64,000 bases of DNA, taken from assembly GCA_040767965.1 (NCBI GenBank), contig JAXGNR010000004.1, forward strand, positions 512,001-576,000, given 5' to 3'. The translations under genes and the position numbers were made by a program. Below are positions 1-9,968 of the stretch, piece after piece; the first letter of the stretch is position 1; each line of letters begins with the position of its first letter. Source of the stretch: Atribacterota bacterium. GTDB lineage: Bacteria > Atribacterota > Phoenicimicrobiia > Phoenicimicrobiales > Stramentimicrobiaceae. A model generated the notes under the pieces. The model was given only the letters and a program-made list of their open reading frames with translations, did no database searches and was not told the origin of the DNA.

Positions 1-72
1 GCTAGAATGAAGGAAAGAAAAAAATATGGTCAAAAAGGCGCAAGAGCAAATTACCAATTCTCAAAACGTTAA
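1..72 (+). CDS. rpsI: 30S ribosomal protein S9, 3' end (partial)
   Basis: Frame 1 reads ARMKERKKYGQKGARANYQFSKR*, the conserved S9 C-terminus. Confidence 0.95.
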   Translation, partial: ARMKERKKYGQKGARANYQFSKR

Positions 73-121
73 ATTATTGCTCTTTCTATACTATACATTT
101 TTTTTAGTTAAAAATAATGCT

Positions 122-182
122 AAAATAATAGTCATCACCAAAATTCTTTCGAGAACTTTTTTAGTGATGGCTATTTTATTTT
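122..182 (+). terminator. Intrinsic terminator after rpsI
   Basis: AATAGTCATCAC(127-138)/GTGATGGCTATT(164-175) stem with inner TTCT-TTCG-AGAA hairpin and a T-rich tail. Confidence 0.75.
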
Positions 183-199
183 AGGAAAAGGATTATTGT

Positions 200-1003
200 A
201 TGCCTTTTAATGTGTCACTTTTAGACGTTTTAGATATTATTATCATAACCTTTGTTTTGTATAATATATTTTTATTAATTAAAGATACTCCTGCCGTTCA
301 GATTATTAAAGGATTTGCAATATTATTCATATTCTCATTTCTTTCTAATTGGATAGGATTAAGAACAATCAATTGGCTAATTAAAGGTTTGATGGCAATG
401 CTGGTTGTCGCTATTCCTATTATATTTCAGCCTGAATTAAGAAGGCTATTATTAAAGATGGGCAAGGAGTGGTTTTTAAGCAATTTGCCTTTCTTGCAGC
501 AAGGAGAAGATTCTAAGAAAATAGAAGAATTAATAAATGGAATAATTATGGTAACCCCTATGCTTTCTGCTGAAAGAAATGGCGCTTTAATAGTTTTGGA
601 GAGAGAAGTTGGGTTGCAAGATATTTTGGAAACCGGGATTATGTTGAATAGTGATTTTTCCTCTGAATTGTTGTATTCAATATTTTTACCAAACTCTCCT
701 TTGCATGATGGAGCTGTAATTATCAGGAAAGATCGTATTATTGGAGCTAATTGTATTTTACCTTTAACTAAAAGAAACGATATAAAAAAATCTTTAGGAA
801 CAAGGCATAGAGCAGCAATAGGTTTAAGTGAAGCCACAGATGCCTTAGCCATAGTGGTTTCTGAAGAAAGAGGAACTGTTTCAATTGCCATTGATGGCAG
901 ATTGACCAGGCCGTTAAAACCACAATTGTTAAAAAAATTTTTACAAAAAATGTATCATCCAAAGTCCACAGGAATAATAGATGCTATAAAAAAGGATGAA
1001 TAA
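200..1003 (+). CDS. cdaA: Diadenylate cyclase CdaA (DacA)
   Basis: Three N-terminal TM segments, FQPELRR, catalytic LHDGA and GTRHRAA motifs; cdaA-cdaR-glmM synteny. Confidence 0.95.
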   Translation: MPFNVSLLDVLDIIIITFVLYNIFLLIKDTPAVQIIKGFAILFIFSFLSNWIGLRTINWLIKGLMAMLVVAIPIIFQPELRRLLLKMGKEWFLSNLPFLQQGEDSKKIEELINGIIMVTPMLSAERNGALIVLEREVGLQDILETGIMLNSDFSSELLYSIFLPNSPLHDGAVIIRKDRIIGANCILPLTKRNDIKKSLGTRHRAAIGLSEATDALAIVVSEERGTVSIAIDGRLTRPLKPQLLKKFLQKMYHPKSTGIIDAIKKDE

Positions 1004-2210
1004 AATGAATGAATTAAAAAAATGGATTCTGAATAATATTGATATGAAAATATTAGCCTTGATAATGGCAATTATTTTATGGTTTTATATATCAAGCGAA
1101 TATAATATATCCGCAGAGAGATATTATGACATAGAAGTATTTCCAGTTAATTTACGTCCAGACCTGTCCATAAAAGATATTAGAAATCAAGTCAGTGTAG
1201 GAATTGAAGGACCGAAGAATATTTTAGAAAATACTTCTGCACAAAAAATATCAGGAACTGTTGACTTGTCCAATATTGTAGATCCAGGTGAATACTATGT
1301 AAATGTTAAAACAGCTTTGCCTAAAAATACCGAATTAGTTAAAATAATTCCTAATGAAGTAAGAATAAATATTGAAAAGATAACTGAAAAAAATATTGTT
1401 GTTGGTTATAATCTTATAGGGTTACCAGAAAGAGGGTTTTCTTTGGAAGATGAACCAACCATTTCCCCTATAGATGTAAAAGTGATTGGTCCCGAATCTG
1501 CTTTAAACAAAATAAGCAAAGCTATTATCGATATAGATATTTCTTCTATTAAAGATGATTTTTTTAGTGAAGAAGAAATAATTATATATAATGAATCAAA
1601 TGAAATAGTAAAAAACCTGCAAATAGAACCAAAAAAAGTCATTGCTTCAATTAAAGTTGGAGAAGGTTATCCTGAAAAATTTTTATCAATTAAACCACGT
1701 ATAGTTGGAAAGCCGGCACCAGATTATTTTATAACAAATATTGAAGCCAACCCAAGTGAAATAGAAGTTTATGGGAATTATTCTAAAATAGCAAATGTTG
1801 ACTTTTTGGAAACTATACCTATAGATGTAAATGGAATTTCCAGAACTCTTACTGTAAAAATTGCTCCAGTAATAGGTGAAGGGATTTACTTAACAGAAGA
1901 ACAGGATTCCTTGATAGAAGTTAAAATACAAGTAGAGGAGAAGGAAGAGGAAGTTTTATTTGAAGGTATTAAAATTATAACGAAAGAAGCATCTCCTTTT
2001 GTGGATTATCAAATAAAACCTGAAATTGTAGATATAAAAATTAAAGGAAAAATTAGTGATATTAAAAATATTAATGCTGAAGAAATTAAAGCATTTGCGG
2101 ATTTGTCTGATTTAGAAAAAGAAATAGTTTTAGTTGAAGTTGAAGCGCCTGCTGGAATTGATATTATTGAGATTATTCCTCAGGAGACATATATAACAAT
2201 AAAGAAATAA
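996..2210 (+). CDS. cdaR: CdaA regulator CdaR (YbbR repeats)
   Basis: N-terminal KILALIMAIILWFYI anchor followed by YbbR-like repeats; lies between cdaA and glmM. Confidence 0.9.
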   Translation: MNKMNELKKWILNNIDMKILALIMAIILWFYISSEYNISAERYYDIEVFPVNLRPDLSIKDIRNQVSVGIEGPKNILENTSAQKISGTVDLSNIVDPGEYYVNVKTALPKNTELVKIIPNEVRINIEKITEKNIVVGYNLIGLPERGFSLEDEPTISPIDVKVIGPESALNKISKAIIDIDISSIKDDFFSEEEIIIYNESNEIVKNLQIEPKKVIASIKVGEGYPEKFLSIKPRIVGKPAPDYFITNIEANPSEIEVYGNYSKIANVDFLETIPIDVNGISRTLTVKIAPVIGEGIYLTEEQDSLIEVKIQVEEKEEEVLFEGIKIITKEASPFVDYQIKPEIVDIKIKGKISDIKNINAEEIKAFADLSDLEKEIVLVEVEAPAGIDIIEIIPQETYITIKK

Positions 2211-2258
2211 AAAATTATTCATGATGATCAATTCTTAATAGAAAAAGGGAAAATACAT

Positions 2259-3611
2259 ATGACAGAATTGTTTGGCACAGATGGAATAAGAGGTTTGGTT
2301 AACAAATATCCATTAACAGCAGAAGTAGCATTCAATCTAGGAAGGGCAGTAGGTTATTATTATCAAAACAAAGATAAAAAAAATGCTTTAATCGGAAAAG
2401 ATACCAGATTGTCTGGAGACATGCTGGAAGCTGCTTTAACTGCTGGCTTATGTTCAACTGGGTTTAATGTTATTACTGCTGGAATTATAACCACTCCTGG
2501 TGTAGCATTTTTAACAAAATATTTCAATATTGAACTGGGAATTGTAATATCTGCCTCTCACAATCCTTTTCATGATAATGGTATTAAATTTTTTAATGGA
2601 AATGGATATAAGCTTTCAGAAAAACAGGAAAAGGATATCGAAAATATATTTTTTAATGAAAGTTATGCTAAATTGAATATTTCAGGCAGCAATATTGGTA
2701 AAGTGGAAAGTATAAAAAATGCTACAGACTTATATATTTCTCATATTATTAAAACAATACCAAATCATTTCATTATACCTGACTATAAAATAATTATCGA
2801 TTGTGCAAACGGTGCTTCTAGTAAGATAACTGAGGAATTGTTTAATCGATTAAACTTTAAAAATATAAAAATTATTAACAATGTTCCTGACGGGTATAAT
2901 ATAAATTATAAATGCGGATCAACTTATTTAAAAACTTTGCAGCTGCAAGTTCTGCAGGATAATGCTGACCTTGGGTTTGCCTATGATGGAGATGCTGATA
3001 GGGCTTTGACTGTTGATGAGAAGGGGCAGATTGTAGATGGAGATCAAATGATGTTTATCTATGCTTATCATTTTTTGAAAAAAGGAGAACTGGGTAATAA
3101 TACAATAGTCACAACACATATGAGCAATATGGGCTTTGATGAGACTATCAGAGAAATAGGAGGTAAGGTAATCAGAACTGATATTGGAGATAAGTATGTT
3201 TTAAAGAAAATGATAGAAAATAACTCTTATCTGGGAGGAGAACAGTCAGGTCATATTATATTCTTAAAGTATGGACCGCATGGTGATGGAATTGAAACCT
3301 CTATACAACTTTTGTCTGCTTTAGGAGAGAATGATGAGAAAATATCTTCCCAAGCAGCTAAAATGAAAAAATACCATCAAAAGCTGCTGAATTTTACCAT
3401 AAAGAATAAACAATTATTTTTACAAGATAATAAATTCAGAGAAATAAAAGAAGAAATGCTTTCTGCATTTAAATTTAAAGGAAGAATATTGATAAGACCT
3501 TCTGGTACAGAAAAGATAATAAGAATTTTGTTAGAAAGTAAAAATGAAGATATATTGGAATATTGGGAAAATGTATTAAATGAATATTTTGAAATCTATA
3601 CAAAAAAATAG
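2259..3611 (+). CDS. glmM: Phosphoglucosamine mutase
   Basis: FGTDGIRG, ISASHNP, DGDADR, GGEQSGH and RPSGTE motifs. Confidence 0.95.
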   Translation: MTELFGTDGIRGLVNKYPLTAEVAFNLGRAVGYYYQNKDKKNALIGKDTRLSGDMLEAALTAGLCSTGFNVITAGIITTPGVAFLTKYFNIELGIVISASHNPFHDNGIKFFNGNGYKLSEKQEKDIENIFFNESYAKLNISGSNIGKVESIKNATDLYISHIIKTIPNHFIIPDYKIIIDCANGASSKITEELFNRLNFKNIKIINNVPDGYNINYKCGSTYLKTLQLQVLQDNADLGFAYDGDADRALTVDEKGQIVDGDQMMFIYAYHFLKKGELGNNTIVTTHMSNMGFDETIREIGGKVIRTDIGDKYVLKKMIENNSYLGGEQSGHIIFLKYGPHGDGIETSIQLLSALGENDEKISSQAAKMKKYHQKLLNFTIKNKQLFLQDNKFREIKEEMLSAFKFKGRILIRPSGTEKIIRILLESKNEDILEYWENVLNEYFEIYTKK

Positions 3612-3685
3612 ATATTCAGTTTTTAACTCGATAGAAACTGCTTCTCTTTCTTTATTTTTATAATTAGTAATAAGGATATTTGATG

Positions 3686-3694
3686 TGTTATAAT
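3686..3694 (+). promoter_or_regulatory. Extended -10 promoter element for the glmS leader
   Basis: TG-T-TATAAT about 80 nt upstream of the ribozyme. Confidence 0.55.
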
Positions 3695-3769
3695 TAAAGA
3701 AAACTAAAAGATGAAAGGAGTATCTATATAAAATAACAAATTAATAAATACATGGAAAAGTAAAAAACA

Positions 3770-3912
3770 ATATAAGCGCCTGAACTTAAATAAGGTAAGT
3801 TGACGAGGTAGGAGTTTATCGAAATTTCGGCGGATACTCCTGGGTTTGCCATCCTGAAGTAATTTACAAAGCTTACAAGTAATTGTAAGGACAAAAAAAT
3901 TACGAGGCAATT
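3770..3912 (+). ncRNA. glmS ribozyme (GlcN6P-activated); predicted cleavage at A3775|G3776
   Basis: AGCGCCTGAACT...AGTTGACGAGG...TTATCGAAATTTCGGCGGA core and a TTGCC/GGCAA P3.1 pair, directly upstream of glmS. Confidence 0.95.
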
Positions 3913-4006
3913 ATTATTGATCTTAAATTGAAAGGTTTTTACATCCTCATTAGGATTTTGATATATCAGATTAATAATGAGGATTTTTTATTTATAAGGA
4001 GATTGT

Positions 4007-5836
4007 ATGTGCGGAATTATTGGATATATTGGCAATAAAGATGCTTTGCCGATACTGATGCAAGGATTAAACAGGTTAGAATATAGAGGATATGACTCAG
4101 CAGGGATTGCTTTACTTGATGAAAATAATTCTATACAGATAAAAAAATGTAAAGGAAAGATTAGCTGTTTAGAAAGTTTGTTAAAAGAAAACAGTTTAAA
4201 AGGAAATGTAGGAATTGGACATACTAGATGGGCTACCCATGGCATACCAAATGATATAAATGCACACCCTCATTTAACCATTGATAGCGAGATTGCTGTT
4301 GTTCACAATGGAATAATTGAGAATTATTTAAATATAAAAGAAGAATTAATCGCAAATGGTTATAATTTCATTTCAGATACTGATACCGAAGTGCTCCCGC
4401 ATCTGATAAAAAAAAATTATCAAAAAAATATAACTGAAGCAGTAAGGAAATCTTTAATGATACTAGAGGGATCCTATGCGTTAGGGGTAGTATCCAGGAA
4501 AGAGCCAGAAAAAATTGTTGCTGCAAGAAGTGGCAGCCCTCTCATAATTGGAGTCGGCAAAGAAGAAATGTTTATTTCTTCAGATGTATCAGCCTTAATA
4601 AAATATACCAGAGAGGTCATCTATTTGGAAGAAGGGGAAATAGCTACAATAAGTAAAAATTCTATAGAAGTAATAAATTTAGAGGGGGAAAAATTAGACA
4701 AAAAGCCAGTTTATATTGATTGGGACCCAGAAATGGCTGAAAAAAATGGTTATAAACATTTTATGAAAAAAGAAATATTTGAGCAGCCATTAGTACTGAG
4801 AAATAATTTGGAACGATATATAAAGCAAGAAGGGATTGTTTTTCCTGATTTGAATATACCACAAAATATATCCAAAAAAATTGATAAAATACATATTGTT
4901 GCTTGTGGGACTGCTTATTATGCCTCAATGCTCGGGAAATATATAATAGAATCTATTGCAGGAATTCCAGTAGAAATTGACTATTCCTCAGAATTTAGAT
5001 ATAGGACAAAATTGTTGAATAAAAAATCTTTAGCTATTGTGGTTTCTCAATCTGGAGAAACAGCTGACACAATTGCAGCAATGCGTTCATGTCAAGGAGA
5101 AGTAGGATCAATTCTGGCTATAATTAATGTTCAAGGAAGCACTATAAGTAGAGAAGCAGATAGCCTAATATATATCAATGCCGGACCAGAAATAGGAGTG
5201 GCATCTACAAAAGCATTTCTGGGACAGCTTGTTTCTTTATATTTATTAGCAATATATTTGGGCAAAACAACAGGTAGACTGATGAAAGAACAAGAGGTAT
5301 TGTTAATGCAAGATATAAAGAAAATACCACAAAAAATTGAAACTATATTAAGCCAGGAGACGAAAATAAGAGAGCTGGCTAAAGAATTCTCCAAATATCA
5401 TAACTTTCTTTATCTTGGACGGGATGTAAATTTTCCAATAGCATTAGAAGGCGCTTTAAAATTGAAAGAGATATCTTATATACATGCTGAAGCTTATCCC
5501 GCAGGAGAAATGAAGCATGGACCAATAGCATTATTGGATAAGACATTTCCAGTAGTGGCAATAATTCCTGAAGATAATGTATATAATAAAATGATAAATA
5601 ACCTGAAAGAAGTAGCAGCTAGAGATTCAAAAGTATTTGCTATAGCGACTGAAGGAGACAATCAAATAGTTAATATAACTGATAATGTATTTTTTATTCC
5701 AAAAATAAATCAACAAATACTCTACCCATTATTAACCGTAATACCATTACAATTAATAGCATATTATGTGGCTGATATTTTGGGAAAAGATGTTGACAAG
5801 CCAAGAAATTTAGCAAAAAGTGTAACTGTTGAGTAG
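4007..5836 (+). CDS. glmS: Glutamine-fructose-6-phosphate aminotransferase
   Basis: MCGIIG start, GHTRWATHG, SQSGET and C-terminal PRNLAKSVTVE. Confidence 0.98.
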   Translation: MCGIIGYIGNKDALPILMQGLNRLEYRGYDSAGIALLDENNSIQIKKCKGKISCLESLLKENSLKGNVGIGHTRWATHGIPNDINAHPHLTIDSEIAVVHNGIIENYLNIKEELIANGYNFISDTDTEVLPHLIKKNYQKNITEAVRKSLMILEGSYALGVVSRKEPEKIVAARSGSPLIIGVGKEEMFISSDVSALIKYTREVIYLEEGEIATISKNSIEVINLEGEKLDKKPVYIDWDPEMAEKNGYKHFMKKEIFEQPLVLRNNLERYIKQEGIVFPDLNIPQNISKKIDKIHIVACGTAYYASMLGKYIIESIAGIPVEIDYSSEFRYRTKLLNKKSLAIVVSQSGETADTIAAMRSCQGEVGSILAIINVQGSTISREADSLIYINAGPEIGVASTKAFLGQLVSLYLLAIYLGKTTGRLMKEQEVLLMQDIKKIPQKIETILSQETKIRELAKEFSKYHNFLYLGRDVNFPIALEGALKLKEISYIHAEAYPAGEMKHGPIALLDKTFPVVAIIPEDNVYNKMINNLKEVAARDSKVFAIATEGDNQIVNITDNVFFIPKINQQILYPLLTVIPLQLIAYYVADILGKDVDKPRNLAKSVTVE

Positions 5837-5974
5837 AATAAAAAAATATAATATTAATGGTAATAATTCTATTCAAAAAGCCAAAAGAAGAAAGGTATAA
5901 CAAGGAAATTAATTTAACAAAGAAAATTGTGATTCTTCTGTATTTACTTCTTTGATAAATATGAAAGGATTTAG

Positions 5975-6355
5975 ATGATTGCAGGGTGCGGAATAGATAT
6001 AGTTGATGTTAAAAGAATAAAAAAGATAATAAAAAAATGGGATACAATTTTTTTAGACAAGTTCTTTACTAGACAAGAAATATTCTATTGTGAACAAAAA
6101 AATAATAATAAGTTCCAGTCATATGCAGGTTATTTTGCTGCGAAAGAAGCATTGGTAAAGGCATTTGGAACAGGTTTTCGATATTTTAAATTCAAAGAAA
6201 TAGAAATTCAAAAAAATAATTTGGGGAAACCGTTAATCCATTTATCTGCCAATATGGAAAAAACTTATCTACAGAACAAGATTGTAAAAATACATTTAAG
6301 TATTTCCCATACTGCTGAACTGGCAATAGCTCAGGTTATTATAGAAAAAGAGTAA
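5975..6355 (+). CDS. acpS: Holo-ACP synthase
   Basis: GIDIV, FAAKEALVKAFGTG, GKP and SISHT motifs. Confidence 0.95.
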   Translation: MIAGCGIDIVDVKRIKKIIKKWDTIFLDKFFTRQEIFYCEQKNNNKFQSYAGYFAAKEALVKAFGTGFRYFKFKEIEIQKNNLGKPLIHLSANMEKTYLQNKIVKIHLSISHTAELAIAQVIIEKE

Positions 6356-6379
6356 TTTATAAGTTTAAGGGAGATAATT

Positions 6380-7567
6380 ATGAGAACAAATAACTATTCT
6401 GCTTGGCTAGAAATAAATCTTGACAATGTCAAAAAAAATATAATTGAAATCAGAAAGTTAGTCAAAAAAAATACCCAGATAATGGGTGTGGTCAAAGGAA
6501 ATGCTTATGGACATGATGCAATAGAGATTTCAAAAATAATATTAGAAAATGGAGCTGATAGTTTAGCAGTAGCTAGAATTGAAGAGGCAATTTCTTTAAG
6601 AGAAAATAATATTAATAAACCTATTTTGGTTTTAGGAACTTCCCCTATTGATCAAACCGATCTTTACTTTAAACATTCACTTGTAATGCCTACTATTTGT
6701 GATTTAGGAAAGGCAAGGCATTTTAATGAAATAGCAAATATATACAATAAAAAAATTCAAGTGCATTTGAAAATAGAAACAGGAATGGGTAGGCTTGGGA
6801 TTACAGTCGCAGAGTTTGATAATTTTTTAAAAAAAATATTGGAATTAGAAAATATTGAGATAAATGGAGTTTATACCCATTTTTCGACTGCAGATGAACT
6901 TGAAAAAGAGTACACCAAATATCAGTTCAATAATTTCCAAAAAGTAAAGGATATAATAAAGAATAACAGCAATATTACTCCTTTGTATCATGTTGCCAAT
7001 AGTGGTGCTATTCTTGATTTACCTGAGATGTGGTTAGATATGGTCCGACCAGGATGTCTTTTGTATGGATTATACCCTTCTCGCGAAGTGAAAAAAACAA
7101 TAAAACTTTATCCTGCTTTAACATTTAAAAGCAGGGTGGCTTTTATAAAAAAGATAGGTAAAGATCAATCTATAGGATATGGTAGAACGTATAAAACAAT
7201 CAAAACAACAACAGTTGCAACTTTGCCGGTAGGTTATGCAGATGGATATTCCAGATTTCTTTCAAATAAAGGGGAAGTTGTTATTAATGGAGAGAAAGCT
7301 GCGGTGATTGGTAGGGTATGTATGGATCAAATGATGGTAGATATAACCAATTTGAAAAATGTAAATTTTGATGATGAAGTTATTTTGTGGGGAAGTTATG
7401 GTAATAACTCCATATCTACTGAAGAAATCGCTGATACTATAGGGACCATTGTTGACGAAATTGTTCATTTAACTGATAAAAATAGAGTAGCAAAAATTTT
7501 TATCAAAGACGGAAAATATTGGAAATCGAAAAGTTTACTAGGTGAGTTTGTTTATAATGAAATATGA
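6380..7567 (+). CDS. alr: Alanine racemase-family PLP enzyme
   Basis: VVKGNAYGH (PLP Lys), TGMGRLG, HFSTAD, MVRPG, IGYGRTY and GRVCMDQ; acpS-alr synteny. Confidence 0.9.
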   Translation: MRTNNYSAWLEINLDNVKKNIIEIRKLVKKNTQIMGVVKGNAYGHDAIEISKIILENGADSLAVARIEEAISLRENNINKPILVLGTSPIDQTDLYFKHSLVMPTICDLGKARHFNEIANIYNKKIQVHLKIETGMGRLGITVAEFDNFLKKILELENIEINGVYTHFSTADELEKEYTKYQFNNFQKVKDIIKNNSNITPLYHVANSGAILDLPEMWLDMVRPGCLLYGLYPSREVKKTIKLYPALTFKSRVAFIKKIGKDQSIGYGRTYKTIKTTTVATLPVGYADGYSRFLSNKGEVVINGEKAAVIGRVCMDQMMVDITNLKNVNFDDEVILWGSYGNNSISTEEIADTIGTIVDEIVHLTDKNRVAKIFIKDGKYWKSKSLLGEFVYNEI

Positions 7568-8066
7568 AAACAGAAAAGAGATAAATTTTGACTATGTATT
7601 TATTAGCAAAACACCCATTGAAACCGGAGAGTTAGGCGAAAAAATAGGCAAATTATTAAGACCAGGAAACATCATTGCCTTAAATGGACAGCTTGGAGCT
7701 GGAAAAACATGCTTAATCAAAGGTATTGCAAAAGGATTAAAATCAGATAATGATGTTACCAGTCCTTCTTTCTCTTTGATAAATGAATATATAGGTAATT
7801 ATCCTATATATCATTTTGATTTCTATAGAATCAACAACCCTGAAGAGATAGAAACTCTAGGATATGAAGAGTATTTTTATGGCACTGGTGTCACATTAAT
7901 TGAATGGGCTGAAAAAATAGAAAAATACTTACCAGACGAGCTGGTTCTGATTGACATAAAAATAGAAGAAAATAGTTATTACAGAAAGTTTTATTTTAGA
8001 TCGATAGGGGAATATTATTATAAAATGATCAAGGCTTTAAAAAAAGATGAAAATATTAGGAATTGA
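7557..8066 (+). CDS. tsaE: t6A biosynthesis ATPase TsaE (start ATG 7557 or GTG 7542)
   Basis: GQLGAGKT, VTSPSFSL, HFDFYRI and LIEWA motifs. Confidence 0.93.
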   Translation: MKYENRKEINFDYVFISKTPIETGELGEKIGKLLRPGNIIALNGQLGAGKTCLIKGIAKGLKSDNDVTSPSFSLINEYIGNYPIYHFDFYRINNPEEIETLGYEEYFYGTGVTLIEWAEKIEKYLPDELVLIDIKIEENSYYRKFYFRSIGEYYYKMIKALKKDENIRN

Positions 8067-8745
8067 CACTTCAACAAATATAATGGGTTTATCAATAGTA
8101 GAAGAAAATAAAATATTGGTAAATTGTATGCTTCAGAAGCCAGGAATAACCCATTCTTCTAGTTTGATCCCTTTTTTAAAAAATATGTTAGATTTTCAAG
8201 GGATAGAATTAAAAGATTTAGCAGGAATTGCTGTTTCTGTTGGGCCGGGTTCTTTCACTGGATTAAGAATTGGTTTGTCAACAGCAAAAGGAATTGCTTT
8301 TGCATTATCTTTGCCAATGGTAGGTATTAACAGCTTAGAAGCATATTCTGCTAAATATATGAACCTTCAAGGGATATTATGTCCTATAATTAAAGCAAGA
8401 AAAGATGAATATTATTTTACTTTTTATAATAATGAAAAGGATAAGAGGTTGCTTAGGATAGAAGAATATCAATGCGATAATTGGCTTAATATAAGAGAAA
8501 AAATAAATAAGCTTAAGCAACAAGTATATATTATGGGAGACTCTTTGGAAGATTTATTGTCATTTGAAAAAAAAGCTGATCAATACAAGGCTATTCATTT
8601 TATTTTTCAAAAACAAGACCCTCCTGGAGCAGCAATTATTGCTTTGATGGGAGAAGAGAAAATAAAGGAAAAAGAATATGATGACTTATTTCAAATAGTG
8701 CCTTTTTATATTGGTAAATCACTAGCAGAAAGAATTAAAAAGTAG
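8047..8745 (+). CDS. tsaB: t6A biosynthesis protein TsaB
   Basis: MKILGIDTS and GPGSFTGLRIG. Confidence 0.95.
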   Translation: MKILGIDTSTNIMGLSIVEENKILVNCMLQKPGITHSSSLIPFLKNMLDFQGIELKDLAGIAVSVGPGSFTGLRIGLSTAKGIAFALSLPMVGINSLEAYSAKYMNLQGILCPIIKARKDEYYFTFYNNEKDKRLLRIEEYQCDNWLNIREKINKLKQQVYIMGDSLEDLLSFEKKADQYKAIHFIFQKQDPPGAAIIALMGEEKIKEKEYDDLFQIVPFYIGKSLAERIKK

Positions 8746-8758
8746 AGAAGTAATAAAA

Positions 8759-9766
8759 ATGGTAAAAAATGATATTTACATACTTGGAATTGAAACTTCT
8801 TGTGATGAAACTTCTTGTGCGGTAATTAAAAATGGAAGACAAGTATTATCTAATATAGTGGCCTCACAAATGGAAATTCATAAAAAATACGGTGGTGTAG
8901 TCCCGGAAATTGCTTCAAGAGAACATATGAAAAATATTTTTATTACCTGTCAGGAAGCTCTGTCAAGTGCAAAAATACCTCTAAAAAAAATAAGCGCAAT
9001 TGCTGTTGTTAACGGCCCTGGCCTAAAAGGATCATTGTTAGTTGGATTGTCTTTCGCAAAGGCAGTTGCATTTGCCTTAAATAAGCCTCTAATTGGAGTA
9101 AATCACATTGAAGCACATATATATGCTAACCTGCTAAATGAGAAACAAATAGCATTACCATTTATTTCTTTAATTGTATCAGGTGGTCATACATCCTTAA
9201 TATTGGTGAGGGATATTGGAGAAATAAGCATTATAGGCAAAACGAGAGATGATGCAGCAGGAGAGGCATTTGATAAAATAGCAAAATACTTAGATTTAGG
9301 CTACCCAGGTGGACCTATTATTGAAAAATTGGCATTATCTGGTGACAGAAATGCAATTAGATTTCCCAGGCCATTAACCAACTCCGGCAATAATGATTTT
9401 AGTTTCAGTGGTTTAAAAACCGCAGTGATATATCATGTTTTAGAAGAAAAAAAACAAATGAATGAATTGAAACTGCCAGATCTCTGTGCTTCTTTCCAAC
9501 AAGCAGTAATTGATATCTTGTTGGAAAAATCTCTAAACGCACTACACGAGTACCACATTGATACAATTGTTTTGGGAGGAGGAGTTACTGCAAATGAAAG
9601 TCTTCGCAAGGCATTCACTCAAACAATGAAAAAAAATAAAATTGAAATACATTTTCCTCCAAAAGAACTTTGTACTGACAATGCTGCAATGGTAGGTTGC
9701 ACAGGTTATTATAAGTATATAAAGGGAAATACTGATACATTTGATATAGATGTTTATACAGGATAA
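8759..9766 (+). CDS. tsaD: t6A threonylcarbamoyltransferase TsaD
   Basis: GIETSCDET, GGVVPEIASREH, HIEAH, SGGHT, DDAAGEAFDK and TDNAAM. Confidence 0.97.
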   Translation: MVKNDIYILGIETSCDETSCAVIKNGRQVLSNIVASQMEIHKKYGGVVPEIASREHMKNIFITCQEALSSAKIPLKKISAIAVVNGPGLKGSLLVGLSFAKAVAFALNKPLIGVNHIEAHIYANLLNEKQIALPFISLIVSGGHTSLILVRDIGEISIIGKTRDDAAGEAFDKIAKYLDLGYPGGPIIEKLALSGDRNAIRFPRPLTNSGNNDFSFSGLKTAVIYHVLEEKKQMNELKLPDLCASFQQAVIDILLEKSLNALHEYHIDTIVLGGGVTANESLRKAFTQTMKKNKIEIHFPPKELCTDNAAMVGCTGYYKYIKGNTDTFDIDVYTG

Positions 9767-9864
9767 TAAAATAAGATATAGACATTAAATAGGACATAAA
9801 ATGAGATATATTGTTATAAATATAAAAAATAATGTAAAATAGCCTTAAATGACCTTAAAACGGG

Positions 9865-9894
9865 TTTGCAAAATGTTATGACATTATATAATAT
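9865..9894 (+). promoter_or_regulatory. Probable sigma70-type groESL promoter
   Basis: TTGCAA (9866-71) and TATAAT (9887-92) immediately upstream of CIRCE. Confidence 0.55.
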
Positions 9895-9907
9895 AGTAGA
9901 GGTAATT

Positions 9908-9934
9908 TTAGCACTCTCATTATGAGAGTGCTAA
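9908..9934 (+). promoter_or_regulatory. CIRCE element (HrcA operator)
   Basis: Exact TTAGCACTC-N9-GAGTGCTAA upstream of groES. Confidence 0.97.
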
Positions 9935-9968
9935 ATCATTTAAATACCATTCAAGGAGGATTAAAGAT

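Noticed and set aside
3704-3910. 68-aa minus-strand ORF
   Set aside because: It coincides with the glmS ribozyme on the plus strand and has no protein features.
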